Shown here: positions 1 to 13,663 of the stretch, in pieces | How positions within the stretch are numbered: the first letter of the stretch is position 1 | Layout: each line of letters begins with the position of its first letter | Assembly (NCBI RefSeq): GCF_964194155.1 | Contig: NC_135890.1 | Span: 90,396,001 to 90,460,000 of the forward strand | Direction of reading: 5' to 3' | Length of the DNA stretch: 64,000 nucleotides | Origin: Cetorhinus maximus | Taxonomy: Eukaryota | Position numbers and translations under genes: made by a program | The notes under the pieces: generated by a model | Told to the model about the DNA's origin: nothing | Seen by the model: the letters and a program-made list of their open reading frames with translations, nothing else | Database searches by the model: none

Positions 1-237
1 TTCTGTCAGGGGGTCATTAGTGTTGGAATTCTCTCTCCTAGAGAGCAATGGAGCCTGGGTCATTGAATATATTCAAGGCTGGATTAGATAGATTTTTGCT
101 TGACAAGGAAGGCAAGGGTAATGTGGGACAGACAGAAAACTGGAGTTAAGGCCACATCAGATCTGTCAAGATCTTATTGACAGGCACAGCAAGCTCAAGG
201 GGCCAAATGGCCTACTTCTGCTCCTATTTCTTATGTT
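1..237 (+). mobile_element. CR1-type LINE 3' end fragment
   Basis: Ends in ...gggccaaatggcctacttctgctcctatttcttatg, the same tail as the CR1 copies ending near 45780, 10550 and 60510. Confidence 0.75.
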
Positions 238-244
238 GCCATCT

Positions 245-800
245 GGGGAGGAAGCCTCACCTGAGAGAGCCGCCTGCCAATCCAATTGGCCGTCAGCTCC
301 ATAGTCCCAGCAGTGTACGGTTTGAGTGATGGCCACTGCTGGGACTACAGGCAGTCCCCAAAGATGAGGAGCTAACGGAGGCTGGACTTCAGGTAAGGCC
401 AGGATAACAGCAGGGCCTGGTTGGTAGGGGGAATGAGGGGGGTGGGGTGCCAGATTTGAGAGGGAGGGGTGGGGATGGAGAGGGTTAAAAGGTGTGGGGT
501 GTGTATGATCTTGTGGGACCAACAAAAGAGGTTTCACCCCCCCCGCTCCACTTGCAGAAACGTTTGCCCAGTAAAAGCTCCAGGCTACTTCCTTGGCATG
601 GGCCTCCCCCGCCACAGGTTAAATTAATTGGCCACTAAAAGCTTTCAACAGGCCCAAGGGTGGGCAGGCCTACCAATGCCTCCATCGCCTTCCTGTAAAA
701 TGAGGAGCAGGTCAGCACAGTCAGATAGGTGGCGGGCAGGTGACGTGCTGCAGTTTACAAGCCTTCAAACCCGCTGGTGGGGGACCATAAAATTCCACCC
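245..800. mobile_element. Non-autonomous DNA element (Harbinger-like MITE), left part missing
   Basis: Similar to 46840-47679 (shared tagtcccagcagtg motif and an end ccataaaattccaccc vs ccataaatacagccc). Confidence 0.5.
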
Positions 801-859
801 CTAGATTCCATTGGCACTAACAATCTTTTGAACTGGTTTCTTCCCATGCAGTTTCCAGA

Positions 860-2590
860 TCACAGAATTTTAACCGCACCGAAGGAGGCCATTTGGCCCA
901 TTGTGTCTGCAGCAGCTCTCCAAATGAGCATTTTGACTTTGTGCCATTGCCCTGCTTTTTCCCCGTGCCCCTGCACATTATCTAAATAGAAACAATCATC
1001 TAATGCCCTTTTGAATGCCTCGATTAAACCTGTCTCCACCACACTTCCAGGCAGTGCATTGCAGACCCAAACCACTCATTGCGTGAAAAAGTTCTCTCTC
1101 ACGTCACATTTTCTTCTTTTGCAAATCACTTTAAATCTGTGCCCTCTTGTTCTTGATCCTTTTACAAGCAGGAACAGCTTCTCCCTATCTACTCTGTCCA
1201 GCCTCCTCATGATTTTGAACATCTCTATCAAATCTCCTCTTAGCCTTCTTCTCTCTAAGGAGAACAATCCCAACCTCTCAAATCTATTCTCATAGCTGAA
1301 GTTTCTCATCCCTGGAACCATTCTTGTAAACCTCTTTTGCACTCTCTCCAATGTTTTCACATCCTTCCTATAATTTGGCACCCAGAACTGCACACAATAC
1401 TCCAGCTGAGGTCTAATGAGTGTCTTATATAAATTCAGTATAATCTCCTTGTTCCTGTAATCTATGCCCCTATTCATAAAGCCCAGGATGCTATATGCTT
1501 TATTAACTGCTCTCTCCACCTGTTCTGCCACCTTCAATGATCTATGCACATATACACCCAGGTCTTTCTGCTCTTGCACCCCCTTCAAAATTTCACACCA
1601 TTATTTTGCATAGTCTGTCCATGTTCTTCCCACCAAAAATGCATCACATCACACTTCTCTGCATTGAACTTCATCTGCCACCTATCTGCCCACTCCACCA
1701 ACTATTCTATGTCCTCTTGAAGTTCTACACTGTCCTCCTCGCAGTTTACAACACTCCCAAGCTCCGTATCATCCACAAACTTTGAAATTGTCCCCTGCAC
1801 ACCAAGATCCACATCATTAATATATATTAGGAAAAGCAAGGGTCCCAATATCAACCCCTGGGGAATTCTGCTACAAACCTTCCTCTGAAAAATATCCATT
1901 GACCATTACTCTCTGCTTCCTATTCTTCAGCCAGTTTTGTATCCCACATTGCTACTGTCCCTTTTTATTCCATGAGCGATAAGTTATCTCACAAGTCTGT
2001 TGTGTGGCACTGTATCAAATGTCTTTTGAAAGTCCATGTACACCACATCAACAGCATTACCCTCATCCACCTTTTCTATTACCTCTTCAAAAAACTCCAG
2101 CAGGTTAGTTAAACACAATTTCCCCTTTAGAAATCCATGCTGGCTCTTCCTTATCAACCCATATTTTTCCATGTGACTACTAATTCTATCCCAAATAATT
2201 GTTTCTAGAAGGGCTCTTAAATGCCCTCTGAACAAGGACAATCAGGGATGGGCAATAAATGCTAGCCTAGCCAGCAACGCCCATATCCTGTGAATGAATA
2301 AAAACAAAGCTTCCCCATCACCGAAGTTTAACTGACTGGTCTGTAATTGCTGGGCTTATCCTTACAACCTTTTTTGAACAAGGGCGTAATGTTTGCACTT
2401 CTCCAGTCCTCTAGCACCTCCCCTGAGTCTAGGGAAGACTGAAAAATTATGGCAGTGCCCCTGCAATTTCTACTCTCACTTCTTTCAATATTCTTGGATG
2501 CATCTCGTTCAGTCCCGGTGCCTTGTCAACTTTAAGTACCAACAGTCTATTCAACACTTCCTCCTTATGAATTTTACATCATTGAATTTT
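860..2590 (-). mobile_element. CR1 LINE ORF2 (reverse transcriptase and C-terminus), decayed and 5'-truncated
   Basis: ORF fragments SQHGFLKGKLCLTNLLEFF, VDVVYMDFQKTFDTVPH, PQGLILGPLLFLIYIND, KFVDDTEL and LYKTLIRPQLEYCVQFW...LERVQKRFTRM are typical CR1 RT motifs. Confidence 0.92.
2212..2308 (+). mobile_element. 3' fragment of the tRNA-derived SINE, inserted in CR1
   Basis: ctcttaaatgccctctgaacaaggacaatcagggatgggcaataaatgc... matches the SINE body/tail junction at about 47190-47245. Confidence 0.8.
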
Positions 2591-5500
2591 TAGCCTTAAT
2601 TCCTATCTGTGTCCTAGAAAACAAATCGACCTTCTCAGAGAGGGGGAGAATGTTTAATTATCTTTTTGTCACGCCTGTGCATCTTTGATAACATCCCCCT
2701 TCCTTTTTGTTGTTTCTATCCCTGGCCTTTTTCGTGATGAATGGGTCATTAATACTTCAGTGAGGCATTAACCTTTCTGAGGCACTAAATAACCCTTTCC
2801 TCTTGAGCCTTATCTCAATAATATTCACGTTTATCAATTGTGTAGAACTGTACCAAGTTGATTGGTTTCAATACCGGACTGTCAATTTTGGACAATCATT
2901 CAGAACATTACAAAGCTAGATTTTATTTATTTTTATAATCCAAAATATGGTCTACTCATCTTGATTCAATGTTGCGTACTTCAATTTAAAAAAATTTGTT
3001 TCCACTAAATTCTCTGTTGCATTGTGATTATTTCACTTAATTTCAGATTATTGGATAATTCATAGTTTAGTGTCAAAATTAATTTGAATTAGTAAACATA
3101 GTTTAATCCTCTTTTAACTTTTCTTCTCCTTCAATGAGTTTAATCAGTATCATTTATTGCACCAAATACAAATATAAAAACAGCTGCTTTAACCCTTTAC
3201 CAGGATTGAAAATAATAGTACAAAAAGTTCTATTTTTGTAAGTTTTTATAAGGCAAGATTTATAGAAATTTACAAGACCACAGAAAGCCCTAATACTCAG
3301 TATTCCTCGCATTAATCCACACAACACTTCACTAAAAGCTAATTTAAAATTATGACTAGGACAAATGTAAACATAACACATATCATCAGTCTCAAATTCC
3401 CAAATGTATGAAGATCTTTGCAAAGGACTGTCAATAAATTCAGCAGAGCAAACACAAGCTGTGTCTGTATGTTGCATTTTTGCAGAAGTAAAAAAGAAAT
3501 GTACTTTTTTTTTTAAGAAGGATCACAATTTACGATTACAATCCTCATCGTTTGATTCCACAATGAGCATACAGGAGTCATGTGATCGTACTAAAGAGCA
3601 AAACACTTTACTAGTTCACTGATCTGTACATGCGGTTAATTTGTCTACTTGAGTGAAACTTCCTTCAACCTGCTAAATGGTTAAGGCCACTTGTACTGCC
3701 AGCCGCACCACAGCAATGTGAAAAGATCAATGCTATGTGATGAATCATATAATTTCAGCTGCACTATTCAAAGTGCAAACTCTGCTGATACAGTATAAAT
3801 GGATTCCAGTACAACATATTCAACACGCAAAAGGACTTGAGATCATTATATAGCAAACAGGAAATGTTTTTATGCTTCCTATTAACCCACAAAATGCTAC
3901 TTCTGTGTGGTAAGTAATTTGGTTATTCTTGGGTATGGGTTAATCAGGTGAAAATAAACAGAAGTATATTAGTTTCACAATCAGAACATGGAAAACAGCC
4001 TAAGGGACTAATAGTGTAACAGTGAACACTATAAAAAGTGTTGTTGAATTTTTATTTAGCAGCCTTCTGTTTTTTTTGGTGTTTGTAAATTAAAAGCTGA
4101 AGCACATGTTACAGCTGCACAGCTATAGACATTCACCAGAAAGCTTTCCTCGGCTAGTAAAAAAGCAGTGCCTCTCCCATGGATTCCTTATTTTTAAGCA
4201 TTCATTAATTGCCAGCCCATCAGGAATTCCATCTATCAGAAAAAAAGTCCTACTGTACATCTGAAGTGACATGAAACAAAATATGACTGAAATGTACAAA
4301 CTTCAACTTTAAAAATACCTGTTCATCCTTGGTATAGACAAGTACTTGCAGTTTTTTTTAAAAAGGAAAACAAATTAGTAGCTCAGAGACCAACAGCTGG
4401 TAATTGGAGAGCTGTAGCTTTTGAGGCGGTGAGTAAATAAAACAGCTATAAAGTAGCATCAATAGTCAAGCATGCACAATAGTTGCAATATGACAACAAT
4501 ATCCCATTAATCAAATCCTTAGCAGCTTATATGCTCAAGCAATAACCCACCAGTCACTGATTTAAGAAGAAAATGTATTTCAAGCTGTGTACCCTTTGAA
4601 GTTACTTGTAGCACAGCCACACGATCTTGCTCACTGCAAAGGACAAAAAAAATCCCAACATCACCCCTGACGGCTGTCTACAGTGCTTGCCATTAGTTAC
4701 ATCCCTCTACCAAAATTCTTACTTTGATATTTTTCTATTTGTTACAATTATTGCTGGTGATATCTGATATATTTTTTTCTGCTTTCTCCAGTCACACTGC
4801 CCCATCATTCTTGCCTTCTCCTAAAACTGGGCAGACTGCTATATTTTTCACTAGCCCTACCACAGAGCCAAATGCTATTCATTAGAAAAATAGCGAAATT
4901 ACATCCCAAAGAGACTTTGGTCTCGGCCCACAGACTATGAGATTTTGTAATGGAATTTACTGTATTAGAGAGTCAGAACATCGTGTGACCCTCTACAGGG
5001 GATCTGGACCTGTGTAAAGCGGCCAAAATGACTGCGTATCTCCTTAACCGATCAGATTGAAAAATTGTTAACAAACAGAGCAGAATCAGAACCAGGAAGT
5101 GTTGGTGAAGTACAGAAAGTAAAATAAAGATAGGAAAGGAAAGGTGGAATTATATAAATAAATTAAGGAGACAGAAAGAAAAAAAAATTTAAATCTCCGA
5201 CAATAATTCAATTTTAAGGAATGATACTTCAGGCTTATAGGATTAATTTTCAGTGCCAGAGAAGTTGTTAGGCAGTTATTAAGGTTATCGTTCCGTTAAA
5301 AATTTACTTACACTGGAATGGACAAACCCTAACTTTTCCTAGCAGATTTAGTGGGTACTTGTCATGAAATTACAGCAACTCCATACTGTTTCAGGGTAGT
5401 GGTATAATGCAGTTTCTGGAGTATGGCAGCTCAGTGCAGCAACTTCCTGATTTCCACATTTATTTGAGTATGTGCAGCTACCAGACGTTGCTGTCCAATT

Positions 5501-5880
5501 TACACTTTAATAACTATGAGCACCATGGCGCAAACCATCGTTGTCCGAGACATAAGGCTGTCATCAACGGTGAGCACTATTAGCCATTACTTCCACAGCA
5601 AAATTGTACCATTGTTTATTGGAGAATAGTCTCACTGACATATAAATGCAAATGACACACGTTATATTGTCCTTTGGTAGCTTCTAGGCAAAAGTCAAGG
5701 AAACCTTTAAGAAACTAAAGGACAACAGATACATTATTGAAGATTTCCCTGACCTTGACATAAGCTAAAGCCTCATGGGCCAACAGGAATTTTGAAGGCA
5801 TTAGCCCATTTCTTATCTCATTTTAATACGGCTAACTCAGTTCATAAACACCAACTTCCCTTCAATTTATACCGTCCAGT

Positions 5881-6499
5881 TGTTGTGGAATATCTAAAAG
5901 ACACTCAATATAGAGTCGACTGTAGGTAGATTCAACAGCAGTTCTTTATTTAGTACAAGTGTGCACACATGGAAAATGCTCTGAAAGGCAATTCTAAGTT
6001 ACACAGTCTCTGTTGGTTATACATACCGTCTTTGGGATAACTTATCACTAACACAATGTTTTTATCTTGTAGGGCTAATTGTTACATCCTTAATTACAAA
6101 TGAGTTTATAACATAAACACAGAATGACCTGTTAATCACCGCCACAGTTCGGAGGAATTTGTAAAACAATCAAGCAATGACCTGACCTTTAGCACAAATG
6201 ATGTTCATAGTTCATTCCAAAACATAAAATTTGCTTATTTATCCTGATACTTTGCTGCTGTGTCTAGTCATCTGCATATCTTGACTCTAAGGTCAAGCTA
6301 TCAGTTTATTACAGTATAACTTTTAGACCATTCATCAACTTATTTTGTCCTGACCCAAAGGTCACATTCATTAGCTTTATCCTGGACTGATCCATAGGCT
6401 AGTCATTCAAGGTCACATTCATTCTAGTTTTATTTTACTGCAAGCACTTTCGAAACTTATATCCACAACTTGGCAAAGCCTAGGTAATCCCATGATGCA
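5881..6499 (-). mobile_element. Solo LTR (copy 1), right end degenerate
   Basis: Colinear similarity to 40950-41497; starts TGTTGTGG; minus-strand AATAAA near 5946-5951. Confidence 0.65.
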
Positions 6500-8189
6500 T
6501 CCTGAAATGCCTCTTTGGAGTCAAGAATACTTTGTAAATAATAGCTTCCTAGAAAAAAATACTGTCATATAAAGGGTGCAAGCATTAATAACTCTTCATT
6601 GAAGTTTTTGTTAAATGCACCCTTCACATTTGACAGAGGCTTTTTAGCTTTTCCTTCCTTAGAGCGATTTCCTTATTACTCTCCACATGAAAAAATGCTT
6701 CATCAGTCCAAAACTTCAGTTATACTATATAATTATACCTTTTCCTTGTCCTGTAGTCAAAATTGTGCTCTAGATTTTCCTTTTCTATTTTGTATCTCTT
6801 TTGTATCTTGCCTCACTTTGAAGACTCGCTAGTCTTGAGTTTAACTTGCCCTCATAACTCAATGCTCTGATACTGGGAACAAGCCTCACAGACTATCTCT
6901 GCCTTTCTTTAGGGGCTTTGAAATTTCCTGTTTCCCTTGCCAGAATGAAATCCAACAAAGCAAATGTGGTTTGACCAGAGTACTAAACTGTTTCAACATG
7001 ATGCTTGAGTCAGAATTTACTGTTTTGATGATATATTCCACTACCTTGCACTAATTTCACCTAAAGAGTTCTGCTCATTTGCTATTTTGTATATTGCAAT
7101 ATAAATAATAACACAAAGAACTGGGTATTCTAAAAGTAATTTAATGGTCTTTCACCACTGGAACCCGTTCACCCAAACTGACAAAACAAAAGCCATTTCT
7201 GTCAGCAGTAATGTTCATTCGCAAAATAAGTCTGAAACACTTGTAATCCAGTTCCTAGAAGGTAAAAGCTAAACCTGATGCCAATTTTCAATTTCACCAA
7301 GGGAGGCAGAATTTGGTTGGTGTTTTGGGAACAGAAAAGTACTTCCACGGTTGGGATTAAGTACAGGAAGCTTTACTGTTATACCTGACACTGAAATTCT
7401 TGATGTGAGCAGCACAAAATTCATATGAAAGTAAATAAAACATGAACGAACTAAACACAATGGATGAACAATTGTTTTAATAAGTAAAGATTTCTGTGAC
7501 AGAGATATTTTTTATGAGGCAGTCGTAAACTTATACACAAATATGGAATTTCTGAAGAATGATTAAGTTGCACTAAAAGAAATTTGCAAATTTACAATCC
7601 ACCTTAAGTTTACTACAAAGTACGGCAAGTACTGGATGCTTATGGGTACTTTGATAAAATGATAACAGGTAATCTACCTGCTTTTACATACACACTCCAA
7701 TTTTGGGGCAGCTGCCTTCCATTCAAAGATGATTTAATGTCAGAATTCATGACTCATTAAACAATTTGGATGCTACTCAAAGCTGACTACGTGATGCAAC
7801 AAGTGTAGTGCATTCACTATAAAACACCTTATTAGATTTATTTAAGTCTCAACAGCATATGAACCATGATGAAATGGAGGCAGAAAAAGAGGCATATCAA
7901 AAGGATTGACTGAAATTTGCAATTACTTTATTCAGAGGGTTACACATGGTTCCCTGTATATTTGGGTAGTAACTTCCATTATTTACAATGACCAAACCAT
8001 GAACAGATAAATTGAGAATTATGACCACCACATACATGCAAATTTAAAACAAAATCTATAGCATAAAACATATTTAACCATCCAACATAAGACAGGTTTT
8101 ACCCAAAGTTTTGAAGTTTATCAAATATATAATAGCGCTCGTGATCGGTTCCCTGACCACCAGTTCAATCCCTATTCCTACCAAGTGTT

Positions 8190-9120
8190 CATAAAAAGAG
8201 TGTACTGTAAAGAGAGTGTAAAAGCTGGAATTTTGTGAAGGTGGGAATTCTTTGGCAAGATCTCAACTTAAAATTTAGTTTTACATTTTGACTTTAAATG
8301 AAAACTTTAAAAATTATAAAAGAAACTGCAAGCAAGCTAACAGAAGCTGCCTGTCAATGACAATTAAATGTCAATGAACTGTAAGTGATTACCTGAATGA
8401 TACTAACTACTGTGAGCAGGAAGCAGAGTAAGCACTTGTCGCTTGGGCATGGCACAAAAAGGTTCAATAGTAAACAGTATCTACTGATGCAGAGTGGTTG
8501 CAAAAGAAGCGCTGTGTAAAGAGAATGTAAAAGTTGGTATTTGGTGAAAGTGGGAATTTAGTGCAGAAAATGTTGCATTTTGCCTCCCAAACTTAAAGTG
8601 GTTTGTGTAAACTTGAGACAGTAAGTATATAAAATTCTTGTCTAGTGTTTTAGCGCTTAGTGTAAGTCACCGTGTAGAGAAAAAGAAAGAACTTACAACA
8701 AACCAAAATGTAGATCTGAATAATATAGACTAAGATATGACAGAGCAGGCTGTGTGTCTGGACTGCAGTATGTGGGTCTTGGCAGACATGTCCCAAATGA
8801 ACGCATTTGTAGTAGAAGTCTCTGTCTTGAATCTCTCTGGCTCAAGAGTCATTAAGCTAGGGTGCAAGTGGGAGACACTTTGACACATAAGGTAAGGGGA
8901 GCAGCAACTAGATAGTTTGCTCCAAACTTTGGACACATCTTGTAAAGAGGTGCAGGTTCAGAGTGGGGTTACTGTGACCAATAGTGTGCACAATAAAGGG
9001 AGCCCAAATGAGATAGAGAACAAGGACCTGCAGAAACTGATCCTATTCAACGTGTATAATGTACTTGCAACCTGTGAAGATAAAGATAAAGACTGTCATA
9101 GGGATAGCCAAAATATAGAC
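8190..9120 (+). mobile_element. CR1 5' UTR and ORF1 remnant (zinc-finger region)
   Basis: Duplicated 5'UTR-like motif (about 8195-8250 and 8501-8560), then a decayed ORF1 VCLDCSMWV... segment. ORF1 resumes after the insertion at about 10092. Confidence 0.55.
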
Positions 9121-10090
9121 CAGGCTTGTCCAAGGCTCAGCCCATGGGCCGGATGCGGACCACCCGAGGCACTTTCATCCGGCCTGCCTCATCGTTGGAG
9201 TTAACTGACCGAGACTTCCCGGACAGAATTTTGAAAAATACTCAAGAGTTTGCTCATCTAATCACAGGCTGGTTCCACCCTACATTGGCTGCTGGTTGCC
9301 TGCTGATAGGCAGCCACTGGTGAGCCTATGTAGGGTGGAACCAGCCTGTGATTGGACGAGTGTCACATCATCAATTGCTGGGTAAGTTTTTAATATCTCT
9401 GTTTCTGGCCGGGGAGTTCAGAGCCACAGGTAAGTTCACCAGGCAGCGGGTGTGCTCAGAGCTTTCGGTGGGGGGTGGGGGTGGGGGTGGGGGTGGGGGG
9501 GGGGGGGGGGGGGGGGCAGTGGCAACCGGAGCTGGCAGCCTGGGCGATCTTGGGCCCCGCATCAACCCTGACCTCTGGAGCCCCATAACTTGCGAGGCCT
9601 CGGATGGCCTCAATTTCGAACGAGGTGGGGGGAGGTTAATGATGATGGACCTGACCTCGGGCAGCCTCAATTTTCATTTTCACTGGCAAAGGGGTGCTTG
9701 GTAATGACAGCCCTGACCTCGGCCTCCAGAGGCCCAGACCTCATAAGGCCTAGGGTGGCCTCAATTTTTATTCTCACCACCAGGGGGTGCTCAGCGATGG
9801 CAGCTCATGGGGTGGGGTGGGGGGGGATGCTCAGGGCTCAGGACAGTGGATGCTAGGGGCTGGGGGTAGTTGAATGCTCAGAGCTGGTGGGTGGGGAGGA
9901 TTCTGGACACTTGGAGCTGGTGGGCTAGGGGAGGGGGTGCCCGGAGCTGGTTGGCTGGATTGCCTGGAGCTGGCGGGCTGGAGGGTGTGGGGGTTGTGGT
10001 TGGATGCTCGGAGCTGATGGGCTGGGGGGGGGGTGCGGGGAGAGAGAGATGGTGCTTGGTGCTGGCAGGTTCGGGGAGGTGAGTGCTTGG
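9121..10090 (+). mobile_element. GC-rich hAT-like non-autonomous element inserted in CR1 ORF1
   Basis: Begins CAGGCTTGTCCAA...gggccggatgcggacc...catccggcctgcc, resembling hAT (Charlie-type) termini and subterminal motifs; no matching right TIR seen. Confidence 0.5.
9467..9516 (+). repeat. (GGGGGT)n / poly-G tract, G-quadruplex-forming potential
   Basis: Directly visible: several GGGGGT units then a run of about 22 G. Confidence 0.9.
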
Positions 10091-10091
10091 G

Positions 10092-10556
10092 TGTGACTGA
10101 AGGAGTGGTATGGGAAAGAGAGGTTCCATTTCATGGGACACTGGAACCAGTTTTGGGATAGGGAGAAACTGTACCATTGGGACAGGCTCCAACTGAACCA
10201 GGGCCCTCGCAGTAAAAGATAAATAGGACAGTTAGAAGGACTGTAAACAATCCACTGGTTGGGAAAGTTTAGGATTAGAGGACATAGGCTAAAAATTTGA
10301 CCCAGACTTTTAAGGAATAGAATTTGCAAACACTTTTACACACAAAAGGATGGTAGAAGTTGGAACTTTCTTCCCCTAGTGATATTAGATCAATGTTAAT
10401 TTTAAATCCAAGATTGGTAGATTTTTGCTAAACAAAGGTATTCAGGAATATGGGGCAAAGGTGAGTATAAGGAGCTAAGTTGCAGATCAGTCATGATCTC
10501 AATGAATGACGAAACAGGTTTGAAGGGCTAATTGGTCTACTCTTGTTCCCATGTTC
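10092..10556 (+). mobile_element. CR1 ORF1 esterase remnant joined to a CR1 3' end
   Basis: Translates to LKEWYGKERFHFMGHWNQFWDREKLYHWDRLQLNQ (SGNH-esterase-like CR1 ORF1), followed by a CR1 tail. Confidence 0.6.
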
Positions 10557-10589
10557 CCTGGGTTCGATCTTTGGTTGAAACAGTCTGTT

Positions 10590-11275
10590 CAAGACCTATT
10601 GGATCCTGAACTGAGCATCCAGCCCCACAGTCTATCTATCATAAAGACTGTCTCCTTTCAACTCCATAACACTGCCCATCTCTGCCACTGCATATGCCAA
10701 ATCTGTCGCTAAATCCCTCACCCATGCCTTTGTTAACTCCAACCTTGCCTATTCAAATTCTCTCCTAACTAGCTTCCCATTTTCCACCCTACACAAACTT
10801 GAAATAATCTAAAACTGTATCCTAACTTGAACGAAGTCCCATTCACCATCACCAGTACATGTTGATTTACACTGGCTCGACTGCCAGTCCATTTTGTTAG
10901 TTTCATCCTTGTGTTCAAATTCCTCCATGGCCTTGCCTTTCCTATCGTTTGTTATTTCATCGAGCTCAGCGACTATCTGAGAAATCTGCATTATTTCAAC
11001 ACTGGCTTTTTGGGCATCCTTCACTTTCTTTGCCTCACCATTGGTGGTCCTTTCTTAACCTGTCAAGGTCCTAACCTCTGAAGTTTCCTCCTTAAATGTA
11101 TCTGCTTCTCTCCACGTATTGAAGACATTTCTCAGAAGCGGCCTCTTTGACCAAGCTTTGTCACCCATTCTAATAATGCCTGTCTAATATTTAATGTAAT
11201 TTTTATCTGATAATGCTCCCATGAAGCACTTTGGGATGTTTAAATACATTAAATGTGCTTTATAAATGTTGTTCT
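10590..11275 (+). mobile_element. L2 LINE 3' fragment
   Basis: catgcctttgttaactccaaccttgcctattcaaattctctc (HAFV-S-L-YSNSL-like) and an L2-type tail gaagcactttgggatgttt...attaaatgtgctttataaatg. Confidence 0.65.
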
Positions 11276-13663
11276 GTGCTCAGGCTATCATATCATAAAT
11301 TAATTACTGTAATTCTTAATCAACAGTCAGAGAAAGTCATCTTTGTAATATCAAACAATAGATGTGAAAATACACTTTTCATTTTTCAATACAACACTAA
11401 TTTTCTAGAAAGGGTATTAGAATATGCCTGACCGTCCATTCAGACATAAGGAGTTACGAGTAAATTGAGTCTGTTCTTAGTTGGGTTCGTGGATTGAGTG
11501 CCCTATTGTCCAAAGTACTCTCTTAGATGTCGGGTGAGCAGATATGATCAGCTCATCATGCAGAAGGCACACATGCAGCAGCCAACCAGAACGATACTGA
11601 AAGAATCCAGAGTCTCTTCAGCTCTAACTGATTCACATTAGGAAGAAAAGAAGAACCACAATGGATAAGAAAGAATTACTGAGTTCAAATTAGAAGCAAA
11701 CACTTATTTATTCTTGTGAATATAAAGAGTAATTTCTGGTGGGGCAGGGAGTTTCTCTCGTCGGAATTGAAAATATTTGAAATTGAAATAGTTTAAAGTT
11801 AATCCACTTTTCCTCATGTTTCTTTTAATCACACAATATCTGTCACTACCTTGTTTCAAGTATTTTGCTGTGTAAAAGGATGTGGTATGGCAGTGGCCTG
11901 AAATCAAGGCCTGGGTTTTCCTAGGGTAGTGGAATCTCCGAGCACCTTAAAAGAAATGGTAGGCAGGACCCGAATGTGGAAATCCCACCCCCATTTTCGA
12001 CAGATCCCAGTTTCATCAGTAGGGGAAAGGGGTAGGATGTGATTTGCACATGAGGGAAACCCAAACTCGGCAAGGCCATCAGAACTCAATGCTGAGTTCA
12101 GACAGACCCACTTTCGCTGTAGCAAGGGCCTTAACCTGCGGTTTGGAAGTCACAAATTTTTAAGAGGACAGCTCTTGAAGGATGACTAAGGTCTGTAGAA
12201 CTGTCATGATGTTAAGTTATTTACAAATTTAAAAAACAGGCCACCTGTGTCAGCAAGAGTTGAAAAAACTGTTCTAGCAGTTACAACAGCTGTTTGTTGA
12301 CGTTTTCCCAAGGGCTATTGTTATGTCATTACGAATGCTTCGCTGCTTTCCACAAGCTATAAATTATCTCAGCTGGGGGCAGGGGTCCTAAGTTCACAGC
12401 TTGACAGTTTAAAGTCGTGATGAAAGGATTAGTTATCTTTGATATGGGGTTATGAATAGAAGTTTGTTCTCATAAGAGTTTAAGCATTTGAAGAGATTTA
12501 AAAGATTTGAATGGGTTTTCATGAATGGGAGTTTGTTTTAATATAGTGAAGGTTGTAAGAGATATTTATACTTTTATTTTATTTCTTCTCAACATGGCTC
12601 CTGAGGTCTGCCCATGGTGGATACTGGGTGAGTTGTCTTTGAGGGTGCGTATCCGTGCCAAGGGTGGTGGGTGGGTTGGCATGAATTGACATGGCAGCTA
12701 TAAGAGGCCAAGGGGGTGGGTGGGGGGGCAATGGGTTGGCATTAAATCAGCATGGGAGCATGAAAGTGGTATGGGGAATGGGTGGTAGGGTGATGGGGTG
12801 TGAGGGATGAGGGCTAAAGGGTGTAAAATTTAACAAAACAATTGGGGCAAAGAGAACCCAGGTGGGCCTTTTAAACAGCCTGCCTAGGCATTGGGCAACC
12901 TCTGTGGCTGTTTCCGATCCACTTCTGAGAGCGCCGGGCCCCAACTCTGTCCTATACCCGCCTCCCCAGAATGAAAATCGCTCAATCAGCTAGGGAAGAA
13001 ATGGGGATAGAAAGAGAGGAAGATTGAAGGGAGAACATAGTAGGAAAAGGGATTGGAATGAAAATGTCTATGATATTAGTAAACATATATAGGTGTCTGT
13101 GAGGTGCTTTTTATGGCATGTAATGGTACACTAGGCATGTCTATTAATAATCTTATAATGTACCATTGTCTTCTTCCCACAATTTCTTTCAGCTGATTGA
13201 GGTTAGCCTGCAGCTGTTTTGACCTCACCCATGTACTACTAAGTAACAACATTGTAATCAATACAATTTACAACATCATGTCCTTGCTTATAAGATATCA
13301 AGCATTCCTTTGGATACAGGATGGGGGAGGGAGAGATGTTAGTTAAATGTTTGTCACCCTTCACAGCATGCATATTAGCTTTCACTTATGTAAAGGATAT
13401 TCAGTTGTCCCATCAGCAAAGCTAACCAAATGATGACAGTTCTGGTTAGCCACACCGTAAAAATATTATTCAGTATACTGCAGCAGATTCAAATATTTTT
13501 TGTTTAGGCATTTAGTACAGGAAACATTTTTTGCCCTCAAGCTTTTGAGCTTCATCGGGTAGAATTATTATAAAATCAGGGAGATCCTATAACATGGGCT
13601 TTAGATTACAATGCCTGAATCACAATTTTTAGTACTCAAGTGGTACAGTCAATTCACTGTTCT

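Noticed and set aside
9348-10329. Poly-Gly, poly-Pro and Pro-rich ORFs
   Set aside because: They are translations of the G-rich tract and a GC-rich repeat, with no splice or domain support.
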